A DNA stretch of 64,000 bases, taken from NCBI GenBank assembly GCA_965248355.1, contig OZ252098.1, positions 4,416,001 through 4,480,000 on the forward strand, read 5' to 3'. The position numbers were made by a program, and so were the translations under genes. Source of the stretch: Candidatus Latescibacterota bacterium. GTDB lineage: Bacteria; Latescibacterota; UBA2968; UBA8231. Positions 55,839-64,000 of this stretch are shown here, in pieces; the first letter of the stretch is position 1; each line of letters begins with the position of its first letter. Below the pieces are notes generated by a model. The model saw nothing but the letters and a program-made list of their open reading frames with translations. It ran no database searches and was not told where the DNA came from.

Positions 55839-56747
55839 TTACCGGAAGGAGTTCTTGATCTGCCCCCAAGTCGACTGGTTCACGGCCGTAGCGAATTCGC
55901 CTGCCCTCAGCAGCACCGCGTGGGAGTAGTACTGCCGGCTCGAGGCCTCCGGCCCGCGCGTGGTCCAGTCGTTGAATTCAGCGCCAGGATCGCCGTCCTC
56001 GTACCACATGGCGAAGGGCAGGCCGGCGCCGTCCTCGCCGGCCACCGCGTCCAGGTCCCACGCCTCGCTGGCGGCGATGCCGGCGTCCTCGTGGAAGCCG
56101 GTGACGAAGATGCTGAACTCGTACACGGTCGTGCCGCCGTCTTCCCACAGGTCGGCGGCCCAGGCCTCGGGCGGATCGACGGTGACGGCGAAGTCGACCC
56201 ACGGCGCCTCGCCGTACGTGGTCCAGGTCTCCAGTTCGGTGTAGCGGAAGGCGACGTTGGTCGGCGGGCTGAGATCGCCCGGCGCCATGAGCCACTCCAT
56301 CGTGTACCCGGAGGCCGGGCTGCGCTCGCGGCCGTGATCCTGGGGATCGAGACCGACCTGCAGCATGTCGCCGCTCCAGCGGGCCACGTCGGCACCGTCG
56401 TGGACCAACACGTCGTCGACCGCCTCCATGAACACGTACCAGCGGTTGACGCCGGAGCCCTTCCAGCCCATGAAGGTGGTGATGTTGAGATCGTCGCGCG
56501 TCGGTGCCGGCCGGTCGCCCTCGTCACGCCACTCGTCCATGGTCAGGGTGTACTCGGGATCGAACCAGGCCCAGTCGTCGCTGTTGCCGTCCATGGTCAG
56601 GGCATCGGGGTTCGGGACCTCCAGCATGTAGAACTCGAAGCCCTGGCTGCCGTTGCGGTCCTCGAGGGCCGGCGGGTCGAACCACTGGGCGCCCGCAGCC
56701 CCGGCGAGACCCAGGCTGACAAGGCCGGTCATAAGAAGCGTGTGCAT
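55839..56747 (-). CDS. Secreted acidic protein, CBM9/DOMON-like fold, with C-terminal TWGxIK motif
   Basis: AGGAG RBS, ATG 56747, signal peptide; 'MDGNSDDW', 'YVFMEAVDD', 'GDMLQV.LD', 'VYEFSI'; ends 'TAVNQSTWGQIKNSFR'. Confidence 0.7.
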   Translation of the reverse strand: MHTLLMTGLVSLGLAGAAGAQWFDPPALEDRNGSQGFEFYMLEVPNPDALTMDGNSDDWAWFDPEYTLTMDEWRDEGDRPAPTRDDLNITTFMGWKGSGVNRWYVFMEAVDDVLVHDGADVARWSGDMLQVGLDPQDHGRERSPASGYTMEWLMAPGDLSPPTNVAFRYTELETWTTYGEAPWVDFAVTVDPPEAWAADLWEDGGTTVYEFSIFVTGFHEDAGIAASEAWDLDAVAGEDGAGLPFAMWYEDGDPGAEFNDWTTRGPEASSRQYYSHAVLLRAGEFATAVNQSTWGQIKNSFR

Positions 56748-56973
56748 CTGCTCACTCCTGGCTTGTGGTGGGTGGGCGGATCCGCCGGGGGTCGCTGTGC
56801 CGCACTTGGCGAACCGCGTCTGGAAAACGGGAAAATATGGAGATTGCCGGCCCACCACAACTGATTCCTCGAGCACGACGCCCCACCCGGCGGCCTCCCT
56901 GGCGAGCCACGGCCACCATCCGTAAGCTTCTCCTCCTTCGCAGCAGGACGGACGCACCTGTCAGGAGATTCTC

Positions 56974-57963
56974 ATGGATGCGCTGCAGACGCGGCGGGGC
57001 TTCCTGTCGAGTGCGGCCTCGTTGGCCGGCACCGGCCTGCTGGCGCCGCTGGGTGCAGGGGCTGCTGCCGGCGGGCCGGGTCCCTCCCCCCGGAGCGGCC
57101 CCGTCTTCGTGTCCACCTGGCCCTTTGGCCGGGTGGCCAACGAGGCCGCCGTGAGGACGCTGGCCCAGGGCGACCTGCTGGACGCGGTGGAGCAGGGAGT
57201 CCGCGTCGTGGAGGCGGATCCCGAAGAGCACTCCGTCGGCCTCGGAGGCACGCCGAACGCCGACGGCGTGGTCCAGCTCGACGCCTGCTTCATGGACGGA
57301 GACGGGCAGCGGGCCGGCAGCGTCGCGGCCCTGGAGGGCATCGTCCATCCCATCTCGGTGGCCCGCCGCGTGATGGAAGTCACGCCCCACGTGATGCTCG
57401 CCGGTGACGGCGCCCGCCGCTTCGCCCTGGCCCAGGGGTTCGAGCCCGCGGACCTGCTCACGGAAGACCGCCGCGAGCGCTGGGAGACCTGGCGCAGGGA
57501 GCGGCGGGAGCCACCGGCCATCTCGGAGAGCCACGACACGATCGCCATCCTCGGCCGGGGCGGTGACGGCCGTCTGGCCGGCGGCTGCTCGACCAGCGGC
57601 TGGGGGTACAAGCTGCCGGGCCGCGTGGGCGACTCGCCCATCGTCGGCGGCGGACTCTACGTGGACGGGGAGGCGGGAGGCGCCGGGGCCACCGGCCTCG
57701 GCGAGAACATCATGCGGTACTGCGGCTCGTACCGCGTCGTCGACCTGATGTCGCGCGGCGCCGACCCGCAGTCGGCCTGTGCAGAGGCGGTGCGCCACAT
57801 CCTGCGCAGGGACCCGCGTCCGGCGGACCAGCTCAGCTGCTACTTCATCGCCCTGGACAGACAGGGCCGTACCGGCGGCGCCGGCACCTCCGGCGGTTTC
57901 AGCTACTGCGTGACCACCGCCGCGGGCACCCGGCTCATCGACGCCGAGGTGGTCACCTCCTAG
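56974..57963 (+). CDS. Tat-exported N(4)-(beta-N-acetylglucosaminyl)-L-asparaginase (Ntn hydrolase)
   Basis: Tat motif 'TRRGFL'; 'SVGLGG.PN..G.VQLDA.FMD', autocleavage site 'HD/TI', 'GRVGDSPI.G'. Confidence 0.88.
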   Translation: MDALQTRRGFLSSAASLAGTGLLAPLGAGAAAGGPGPSPRSGPVFVSTWPFGRVANEAAVRTLAQGDLLDAVEQGVRVVEADPEEHSVGLGGTPNADGVVQLDACFMDGDGQRAGSVAALEGIVHPISVARRVMEVTPHVMLAGDGARRFALAQGFEPADLLTEDRRERWETWRRERREPPAISESHDTIAILGRGGDGRLAGGCSTSGWGYKLPGRVGDSPIVGGGLYVDGEAGGAGATGLGENIMRYCGSYRVVDLMSRGADPQSACAEAVRHILRRDPRPADQLSCYFIALDRQGRTGGAGTSGGFSYCVTTAAGTRLIDAEVVTS

Positions 57964-58031
57964 GAGCACGAGCGCCGGCCGCCCGGCCTCGACCTGAACG
58001 ATCCCCAACGCTTGAGAACGTGAGGAGTCCC

Positions 58032-59315
58032 ATGAAACGACGTGGGTTCGTCAAGGCCCTGGCCGCGGCCACCCTGCCCTTGCCCGGGTCGTCAGGTCGC
58101 TTCGCCCATGGGCTGGAGGACCTGGAGAAGGATCTGACGACGGCGGGCGAGGGAGCCTCGCGGTGGAGACGACTGCGGCAGGAGTTCCACTTGAAGCCGG
58201 GTTTCGTGCACTTCAACACCGGAAGCTGCGGTGCCGCGCCGAAGGTCGTCACCGAGGCCGTGGCCAGGTACACCGAGGAAATCGAAGTCGATCCGGTGAG
58301 CAATACCTTCGGCGGTCTGGGAAGCCAGATGGAAGATGTTCGCAATCTGGCCGCTGACTTCCTCGGGGCGGATGTGACCGAGATCGCCTTGACACGGAAC
58401 ACCACGGAAGGCATGAACGGTGTCGCCACCGGGATCGACTGGGAGCCGGGGGACGAGGTGCTGACCACGAACCACGAGCATGGGGGCGGCATGGTCTGCT
58501 GGCAGCACCTGAAGAAACACCGCGGCGTCGTCGTGAGATACCTGAAGATGCCGACTCCACTGAGGCACAAGAGTGAATTCCTCGACCTTCTGGAGCGGCA
58601 CCTGACGCCCCGCACCCGGGTCTGCAGCCTCATGCACATCGACACGATCACGGGTATGCGGTATCCGCTGGCCGACGTGGCCCGGATCACGAGGCCCCGC
58701 GGCGTCCTGCTCGTGTGCGACGGCGCCCACTCCCCGGGGATGCTCGACGTGGATGTGAAGGCCCTCGGAGTCGACACCTTCGCCTCCAGCAGTCACAAGT
58801 GGATGCTGGCCCCGAAGGGCAGCGGCCTGCTATACATCCGGCGGGAGATCCAGGATCGAGTGCACCCCGTTTTCCTGTATTCCGGTTACGGCGGCTACTC
58901 GGCCTCTTGCGGCACCCGCAACGTGGCCGGCATCCTCGGCCACGGGGTTGCCATGGAGTTCCACAACATCCTTGGCCGGGACCGCGTCGAGGCCCGCTGC
59001 CGCGAGCTGAGCACTCGTCTGCGAGGACACCTCGAGCGGATCCCCCGGGTGAGAATTTTCACTCCGGCCGAACCAGAGCTCTCCGGGGGGATCCTCACTT
59101 TCGCGGTCGACGGCCTGAGCGCCAATCTGCTGGCGCGGCGGCTTCTGGAGGAGCACGACATGGCCGTCAAGGTCGCCCAGGGGACCTATGCCTTTGTCCC
59201 CGACGACGACGTGGAAGGGGAGAACTACAACGCTCTCCGGGTCTCCACGCACATCTATACCGACGAGGCGGACGTGGACCGGCTGGCGGCCCTGGTGGAG
59301 GAGATGGCCGGCTGA
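58032..59315 (+). CDS. Tat-exported class V PLP aminotransferase (isopenicillin N epimerase/cysteine desulfurase-like)
   Basis: 'MKRRGFVK'; 'RNTTEG', 'HEH', 'DGAH', 'SSHKW..APKGSG'. Confidence 0.85.
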   Translation: MKRRGFVKALAAATLPLPGSSGRFAHGLEDLEKDLTTAGEGASRWRRLRQEFHLKPGFVHFNTGSCGAAPKVVTEAVARYTEEIEVDPVSNTFGGLGSQMEDVRNLAADFLGADVTEIALTRNTTEGMNGVATGIDWEPGDEVLTTNHEHGGGMVCWQHLKKHRGVVVRYLKMPTPLRHKSEFLDLLERHLTPRTRVCSLMHIDTITGMRYPLADVARITRPRGVLLVCDGAHSPGMLDVDVKALGVDTFASSSHKWMLAPKGSGLLYIRREIQDRVHPVFLYSGYGGYSASCGTRNVAGILGHGVAMEFHNILGRDRVEARCRELSTRLRGHLERIPRVRIFTPAEPELSGGILTFAVDGLSANLLARRLLEEHDMAVKVAQGTYAFVPDDDVEGENYNALRVSTHIYTDEADVDRLAALVEEMAG

Positions 59316-59324
59316 CCGGACCTC

Positions 59325-59585
59325 TCACCGACGGCGGTAGAGCTGGCTTCGATGCCCTACTCGCACCACGAGCACGACGAGCGCATCGTCCAGCACCTCG
59401 TACACGATGCGCCAGTCGCCAACCCTCACCCGGCGAAGCCCCCGGTGTTCTCCTTTCAGTGGACTACCGCTGAGCGGGTTCTCGCCCAGTGCATCGATTG
59501 CCTGCGCGATGCGAAGCCGATCCTGGCGTGGAATCCTGGCGAGCTCTCTGACCGCGCTCCGCTTAATCCGGACCGAGTAGCTCAT
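59325..59585 (-). CDS. Type II toxin, RelE/ParE family
   Basis: 86 aa; 'LKG...GLRRVRVGDWRIVYEV...VLVVRVGHR..LYR'. Confidence 0.9.
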   Translation of the reverse strand: MSYSVRIKRSAVRELARIPRQDRLRIAQAIDALGENPLSGSPLKGEHRGLRRVRVGDWRIVYEVLDDALVVLVVRVGHRSQLYRRR

Positions 59586-59784
59586 GCCGAACCTGGTCCC
59601 AGTCCAGGACCGGGTCGGTGGGATCCCGAAGCCTCTCCACCGCCAGGGTGAGGTCGTCGAAGTCTTCCAAGTAGCGTTCCAGCGCCTGCCGAACGATGTC
59701 GGCGCGGCTTCGCTTGAGTTCGGCGGCAGCGGTGTCCAGCGCCTCGACGAGTTCGGCGGGCACCCGCGCGGTTATCTGGCTCAT
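59563..59784 (-). CDS. Ribbon-helix-helix antitoxin
   Basis: 73 aa; 'ITARVP..LV..LD..A...RSRADIVRQALE.YLED'; overlaps the toxin gene. Confidence 0.85.
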   Translation of the reverse strand: MSQITARVPAELVEALDTAAAELKRSRADIVRQALERYLEDFDDLTLAVERLRDPTDPVLDWDQVRHELLGPD

Positions 59785-59879
59785 ACCCTTCTCCGTCCCT
59801 GGCGAAATCGCGTGTGAGTTCGGTTAATGTCAATGCATCCCATCGACCTTGCAAGGGTCCCGGCGCCATCACCCTGTGC

Positions 59880-59908
59880 TTGACATCGCCGACCTTCGGC
59901 AGTAGCCT
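59880..59908 (+). promoter_or_regulatory. Candidate sigma70 promoter of the trp operon
   Basis: TTGACA-N17-TAGCCT, 30 nt upstream of the leader peptide ATG. Confidence 0.6.
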
Positions 59909-59938
59909 TGACAAGCTCAATTCAACGGGCACGAGAAA

Positions 59939-60025
59939 ATGACCGATAATCGCACCGACAACCCGCGCCGATGGTGGTGGCGCTTCTGGTCCTACGAGAC
60001 AGGACAGGGGTGCGTCCACCCGTAA
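59939..60025 (+). CDS. trpL: trp operon leader peptide (MTDNRTDNPRRWWWRFWSYETGQGCVHP)
   Basis: 28-codon ORF with TGG TGG TGG plus a fourth Trp, lying between the promoter and trpE and followed by a strong hairpin. Confidence 0.85.
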   Translation: MTDNRTDNPRRWWWRFWSYETGQGCVHP

Positions 60026-60054
60026 CGGCGGGTGACCGGCAGACGGAAAGACAC

Positions 60055-60090
60055 AGGCCGCGGGCGCATCGACAGCGCTCGCGGCCTTTT
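60055..60090 (+). terminator. trp attenuator terminator hairpin
   Basis: AGGCCGCGGGCGC-loop7-GCGCTCGCGGCCT (13 bp, one G-U pair) running into TTTT. Confidence 0.7.
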
Positions 60091-60161
60091 CCGTGCCCAA
60101 CGGTCCAGGCCCTTTCGCCGCTGCCGGTGACTCGCGTCCGCAACGAGCGGAGCCATTCAAG

Positions 60162-61697
60162 ATGAACATCACAACCACAGGCCTCGGCCCCACGCGGGAG
60201 CGTTTCGCGGAGCTGGCCGCGCAGGGCCTCGTGGTGCCCGTGCACCGCGAGATCCTGGCGGATACGGACACGCCCGTGTCGGCCTATCTGAAACTGCGCG
60301 AGGAGAGCGACTTCGCCTTCCTCTTCGAGAGCGTCGAGGGTGGGGAGCGGGCGGGGCGCTACTCCTTTCTGGGGATCCGGCCGAGTCTGCTGTTCCGGTC
60401 GCGGGGCCGCCAGGTGTCGATCGAGGACCGCGAGACCGGCCGGCGCCGCGACTTCGAGGCCGACCCCCGCGCCGCCCTGCGCGAGGTCATGGAGTCGCGG
60501 AGGGGCACGTCGCTCCCGGGCCTGCCGCCCTTCACCGGCGGCGCCGTGGGCTACCTGGCCTACGACGGCGTCCGCCTCGTGGAGGAGATCCCCGACAGCT
60601 GCGAGGACGACCTCGGCCTCGACGACATGGTCTTCGCCCTCTACGAGACCGTGGTCGCCTTCGACAACCTGCGGCACACGGTGATGATCATCGCCAATGT
60701 CCGCGCCGGCGGGGGAACCACCGTGGAGGAGGCCTGGGAGGAGGCCGGCCGGCGCATCGCCGAGGTCGAGGAGATCCTGTCGCGGCCGGTGCCGCACCGG
60801 GCCCTGCGCGGCATCGGGGAGCCGGGGGAGGTGCGCTCCAACATGTCGCGGGAGCGGTTCACCGAGGCCGTGGAGCGCTGCCTGGAGTACATCCGCGCCG
60901 GGGAGGTCTTCCAGGTGGTCTTCGCCCAGCGCTTCGAGCTGGATCTGACCGGGGACCCCTTCGACGTCTACCGGGTCCTGCGCACCGTGAACCCGTCGCC
61001 GTACATGTTCCACATGACCCTGCAGGGGCTGCAGGTCCTGGGCGCCTCGCCGGAGATCCTCGTGCGCGTGCAGGACGGCACCCTCGAGGTGCGGCCCCTC
61101 GCCGGCACGCGGGGACGCGGTCGCACCGAGGAGGAGGACGCGCGCCTGGCCGACGAGCTTCTGGCCGACGCCAAGGACTGCGCCGAGCACGTCATGCTCG
61201 TCGACCTGGGGCGCAACGACGTGGGGCGCGTGTCGGCGTACGACACGGTGCGGGTCACGGAGATGATGGAGGTGGAGCGCTACTCCCACGTGATGCACAT
61301 CGTGTCGAACGTGCGCGGCCGCCTGCGCCCCGACATGGACGCCCTGGAGGCCCTCTTCGCCTGCTATCCGGCCGGCACCCTGTCGGGCGCTCCCAAGGTG
61401 CGGGCCATGGAGATCATCGACGAGTTGGAGCCGACGCGGCGGGGGATCTACGGCGGCGCCATCGGCTACCTCGACTTCTCCGGCAACCTGGACACGTGCA
61501 TCGCCATCCGCACCATGGTGGTCAAGGACGGCACCGCCTACGTGCAGGCCGGGGCCGGGATCGTGGCCGACTCCGTCCCCGAGGCGGAGTTCGAGGAGAC
61601 GGTGAACAAGGCCATGGCCCTGCTGCGGGCGGTGGAGATGGCCCACCGCGGCGGTGTCGGCTCGGCCCCGGCCCTGCTCACGGAGGACGGCTCATGA
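60162..61697 (+). CDS. trpE: Anthranilate synthase component I
   Basis: '[15 protein letters not shown]', 'NPSPYMF', 'SPEIL', 'PLAGT', '[12 protein letters not shown]', 'GTLSGAPK'. Confidence 0.95.
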   Translation: MNITTTGLGPTRERFAELAAQGLVVPVHREILADTDTPVSAYLKLREESDFAFLFESVEGGERAGRYSFLGIRPSLLFRSRGRQVSIEDRETGRRRDFEADPRAALREVMESRRGTSLPGLPPFTGGAVGYLAYDGVRLVEEIPDSCEDDLGLDDMVFALYETVVAFDNLRHTVMIIANVRAGGGTTVEEAWEEAGRRIAEVEEILSRPVPHRALRGIGEPGEVRSNMSRERFTEAVERCLEYIRAGEVFQVVFAQRFELDLTGDPFDVYRVLRTVNPSPYMFHMTLQGLQVLGASPEILVRVQDGTLEVRPLAGTRGRGRTEEEDARLADELLADAKDCAEHVMLVDLGRNDVGRVSAYDTVRVTEMMEVERYSHVMHIVSNVRGRLRPDMDALEALFACYPAGTLSGAPKVRAMEIIDELEPTRRGIYGGAIGYLDFSGNLDTCIAIRTMVVKDGTAYVQAGAGIVADSVPEAEFEETVNKAMALLRAVEMAHRGGVGSAPALLTEDGS

Positions 61698-62260
61698 TCC
61701 TCGTGGTCGACAACTACGACTCCTTCACCTACAACCTGGTCCAGTACCTGGGCGAGCTCGGCGCCGAGCTGGTCGTCTACCGCAACGACCGCGTCACCAC
61801 CGACGAGATCGCCGGCCTGGCGCCGGAGCGCATCGTCATCTCCCCGGGGCCCTGCACGCCCGACGTGGCGGGCATCTCCATCGACGTGGTGAGCCGCTTC
61901 GCCGGGGAGATCCCCATCCTCGGCGTTTGCCTCGGGCACCAGTCCATCGGCCAGGCCTTCGGCGGCGTCGTCACCCGCGCGCCGTACGTCATGCACGGCA
62001 AGACCTCCGAGATCCACCATCACGGCCGGGGCATCTACGCCGGCCTGCCCAATCCCTTCGTGGCCACCCGCTATCACTCGCTGATCGTCGACCGGGAGTC
62101 GGTGCCGGACTGTCTGGAGGTCGTCGCCGAGACCGGGGACGGACTGGTCATGGGGCTGCGCCACCGCGAGCTGGACGTCGAGGGCGTGCAGTTCCACCCG
62201 GAGTCGATCCTCACCGCCGAGGGCCAGCGCCTGCTGGGCAACTTCCTTGCGCGGGACTGA
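61694..62260 (+). CDS. trpG: Anthranilate synthase component II (glutamine amidotransferase)
   Basis: '[10 protein letters not shown]', 'SPGP', 'GVCLGHQ', 'RYHSL', 'QFHPES'. Confidence 0.95.
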   Translation: MILVVDNYDSFTYNLVQYLGELGAELVVYRNDRVTTDEIAGLAPERIVISPGPCTPDVAGISIDVVSRFAGEIPILGVCLGHQSIGQAFGGVVTRAPYVMHGKTSEIHHHGRGIYAGLPNPFVATRYHSLIVDRESVPDCLEVVAETGDGLVMGLRHRELDVEGVQFHPESILTAEGQRLLGNFLARD

Positions 62261-62296
62261 ACCCGGGATCTTGCTTTTCCAGGGAGGATACCAACC

Positions 62297-63307
62297 ATGA
62301 TCCAGGACGCGATCCAGCAACTCATCGCCGGGCAGGACCTCGACCGTGAGACGGCCACCGCCGTGATGGAGCAGATCATGAGCGGCGAGGCCACCGACGC
62401 CCAGATCGGCGGCTTCCTCGTGGCCCTGCGCTGCAAGGGCGAGACGGTGGACGAGGTGGCCGGGTGCGCCGAGGTGATGCGGGCGAAGGCCACGCGCATC
62501 TCCGGCGGCCGGGCGCCACTGATCGACACCTGCGGCACCGGCGGCGACGCCTCGGGCACGTTCAACATCTCCACCACCGTCGCCTTCGTCGCCGCCGGCG
62601 CCGGGTGCACGGTGGCCAAACACGGCAACCGCGCCATGTCGAGCCAGTGCGGCTCCGCCGACGTGCTCGCCGAGCTGGGCGTCGACATCGAGGCCGATCC
62701 CGCCCGCGTGGGCGCCTGTCTCGACGAGGCCGGCATCGGTTTCCTCTTCGCCCCCGCCCTGCACGGCGCCATGAAGCACGCCATCGGCCCCCGCCGGGAG
62801 CTGGGCACGCGCACGGTCTTCAACATCCTCGGGCCCCTCACCAATCCGGCGGGGGCGACGCGCCACCTCATGGGCGTCTTCGCGCCGGAGCTCACCGAGC
62901 TGCAGGCCCGCGTCCTCCGCGCCCTGGGCTCCGAGCGGGCCTTCATCGTCCACGGTCTCGATGGTCTCGACGAGATCACCCTCACCGGGCCGTCCCGGGT
63001 GAGCGAGCTGGCCGGCGGCGAGGTGCGCACCTACGAGATCGAGCCCGCCGACTTCGGGCTCGACCGGGCCGAGGCCGCGGACCTGAAAGGCGGGGACGCG
63101 GCCGACAACGCCGCCATCCTGCGCCAGGTCCTCGATGGCGCCGGCGGACCCCGGGCGGACGTGGTGGTCCTCAATGCCGCCGCCGCCCTCGCCGCCGCGG
63201 GGGTGGCCGGGGATCTGGCCGCCGGGATCGAGGCCGCCCGCGAGTCGATCGCCTCGGGCCGGGCCCGCCGGTCCCTGGACCGGCTCGTGGAGGTGAGCAA
63301 CGCCTGA
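62297..63307 (+). CDS. trpD: Anthranilate phosphoribosyltransferase
   Basis: 'DTCGTGGD..TFNIST', 'KHGNR', 'GSAD', 'RTVFNILGPL.NP'. Confidence 0.96.
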   Translation: MIQDAIQQLIAGQDLDRETATAVMEQIMSGEATDAQIGGFLVALRCKGETVDEVAGCAEVMRAKATRISGGRAPLIDTCGTGGDASGTFNISTTVAFVAAGAGCTVAKHGNRAMSSQCGSADVLAELGVDIEADPARVGACLDEAGIGFLFAPALHGAMKHAIGPRRELGTRTVFNILGPLTNPAGATRHLMGVFAPELTELQARVLRALGSERAFIVHGLDGLDEITLTGPSRVSELAGGEVRTYEIEPADFGLDRAEAADLKGGDAADNAAILRQVLDGAGGPRADVVVLNAAAALAAAGVAGDLAAGIEAARESIASGRARRSLDRLVEVSNA

Positions 63308-63320
63308 GGCGGGGCAGGAC

Positions 63321-64000
63321 ATGGCCGGCATCCTCGAAGAGATCGTGGCGTACAAGCGCGACTTCCTCGCCCGGCGCTTGCACGATGCGCCCCTGGCCGA
63401 GGTCCGCGCCCGGGCCCTCGACGCGTCGGATCCGGCGGACTTTGCCGGGGCCCTGGCCGCCGAGGGCGTCTCCCTGATCGCCGAGCTGAAGAAGGCCTCG
63501 CCCTCGAAGGGGGTGATCCGGGAGGACTTCGATCCGGAGGCCATCGCCCGGGCCTACGCCGGCAACGGCGCCCGCGCGCTTTCCGTGCTCACCGACGAGG
63601 CGTATTTTCAGGGCTCCGACGCCCACCTCCAGTCCGCGCGGCAGGCTGCCGGGATCCCGGTGTTGCGCAAGGACTTCACCATCGATCCCTACCAGCTCTT
63701 CGAGGCCCGCGTCATCGGCGCGGACGCCGTGCTGCTCATCGTCTCGATCATGGACGGCGGCCAGCTGGAGGACCTTCAGGGCCTGGGCCGGGAGCTGGGC
63801 CTGTCGGTGCTCGTCGAGGTCCACACCCGGGAGGAGCTGGAGCGCGCCCAGGCCGCCGAGGCCTCCCTGATGGGCATCAACAACCGCGATCTGATGACCT
63901 TCGAGACGAGCCTGGACACGACCTTCGAGCTGCGGCCCTTCGTGCCGGACGGAGTGACCCTGGTCAGCGAGAGCGGCATCGAGCACCACGAGCACCTGCG
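63321..64000 (+). CDS. trpC: Indole-3-glycerol phosphate synthase, 3'-partial
   Basis: Absent from the ORF track because there is no stop in the window. Translates MAGILEEIV...'IAELKKASPSKG', 'LSVLTD', 'LRKDF', 'GINNRDL', 'VSESGI'. Confidence 0.95.
   Translation, partial: MAGILEEIVAYKRDFLARRLHDAPLAEVRARALDASDPADFAGALAAEGVSLIAELKKASPSKGVIREDFDPEAIARAYAGNGARALSVLTDEAYFQGSDAHLQSARQAAGIPVLRKDFTIDPYQLFEARVIGADAVLLIVSIMDGGQLEDLQGLGRELGLSVLVEVHTREELERAQAAEASLMGINNRDLMTFETSLDTTFELRPFVPDGVTLVSESGIEHHEHL

Noticed and set aside
60162..62260. pabB/pabA assignment
   Set aside because: Linkage to trpD, trpC and a Trp leader peptide supports trpE/trpG.
1..64000. rRNA, tRNA, CRISPR arrays, IS elements, prophage genes
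   Set aside because: None recognised; the window is almost fully explained by protein-coding genes and short intergenic regions.

Overview
High-GC, gene-dense bacterial window of about 45 genes. I found no rRNA, tRNA, CRISPR array or transposase. Gene-family content (expanded CRTAC1/FG-GAP proteins, FlgD-Ig/'TPNGDG.ND'-tailed secreted proteins, a DUF6785-type membrane protein, a C-terminal TWGxIK motif) suggests an FCB-group candidate-phylum organism such as Latescibacterota; this is inference only. Layout: (1) 1-16.9 kb: secreted proteins and putative carbohydrate-active genes, including two PcRGLX/YetA-like lyases, a beta-propeller hydrolase and a transglutaminase-like protein. (2) 17.2-32.2 kb: a glycolipid/envelope locus with three GT4, a GT2, a Wzx-like flippase, a methyltransferase, an MMPL/RND exporter, PAP2, DUF3047, a decayed plcP-like gene and a myo-inositol oxygenase. 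(3) 32.2-35.0 kb: pseudogenised phoR, phoB and a TonB-dependent receptor joined at a deletion scar. (4) 35.1-45.7 kb: YciO-like, SppA, SelA-like, TPR, two CRTAC1 proteins and a PPIase. (5) 45.8-56.7 kb: an uncharacterised operon of a lipoprotein, three paralogous discoidin/FlgD-tailed secreted proteins and a large exported, possibly outer-membrane partner, with a TWGxIK-tailed protein upstream. (6) Two Tat-exported enzymes, a RelE-type TA pair, and trpEGDC preceded by a Trp-rich leader peptide (absent from the ORF track) and an attenuator hairpin. All family assignments come from motif recognition by eye; no database searches were run.
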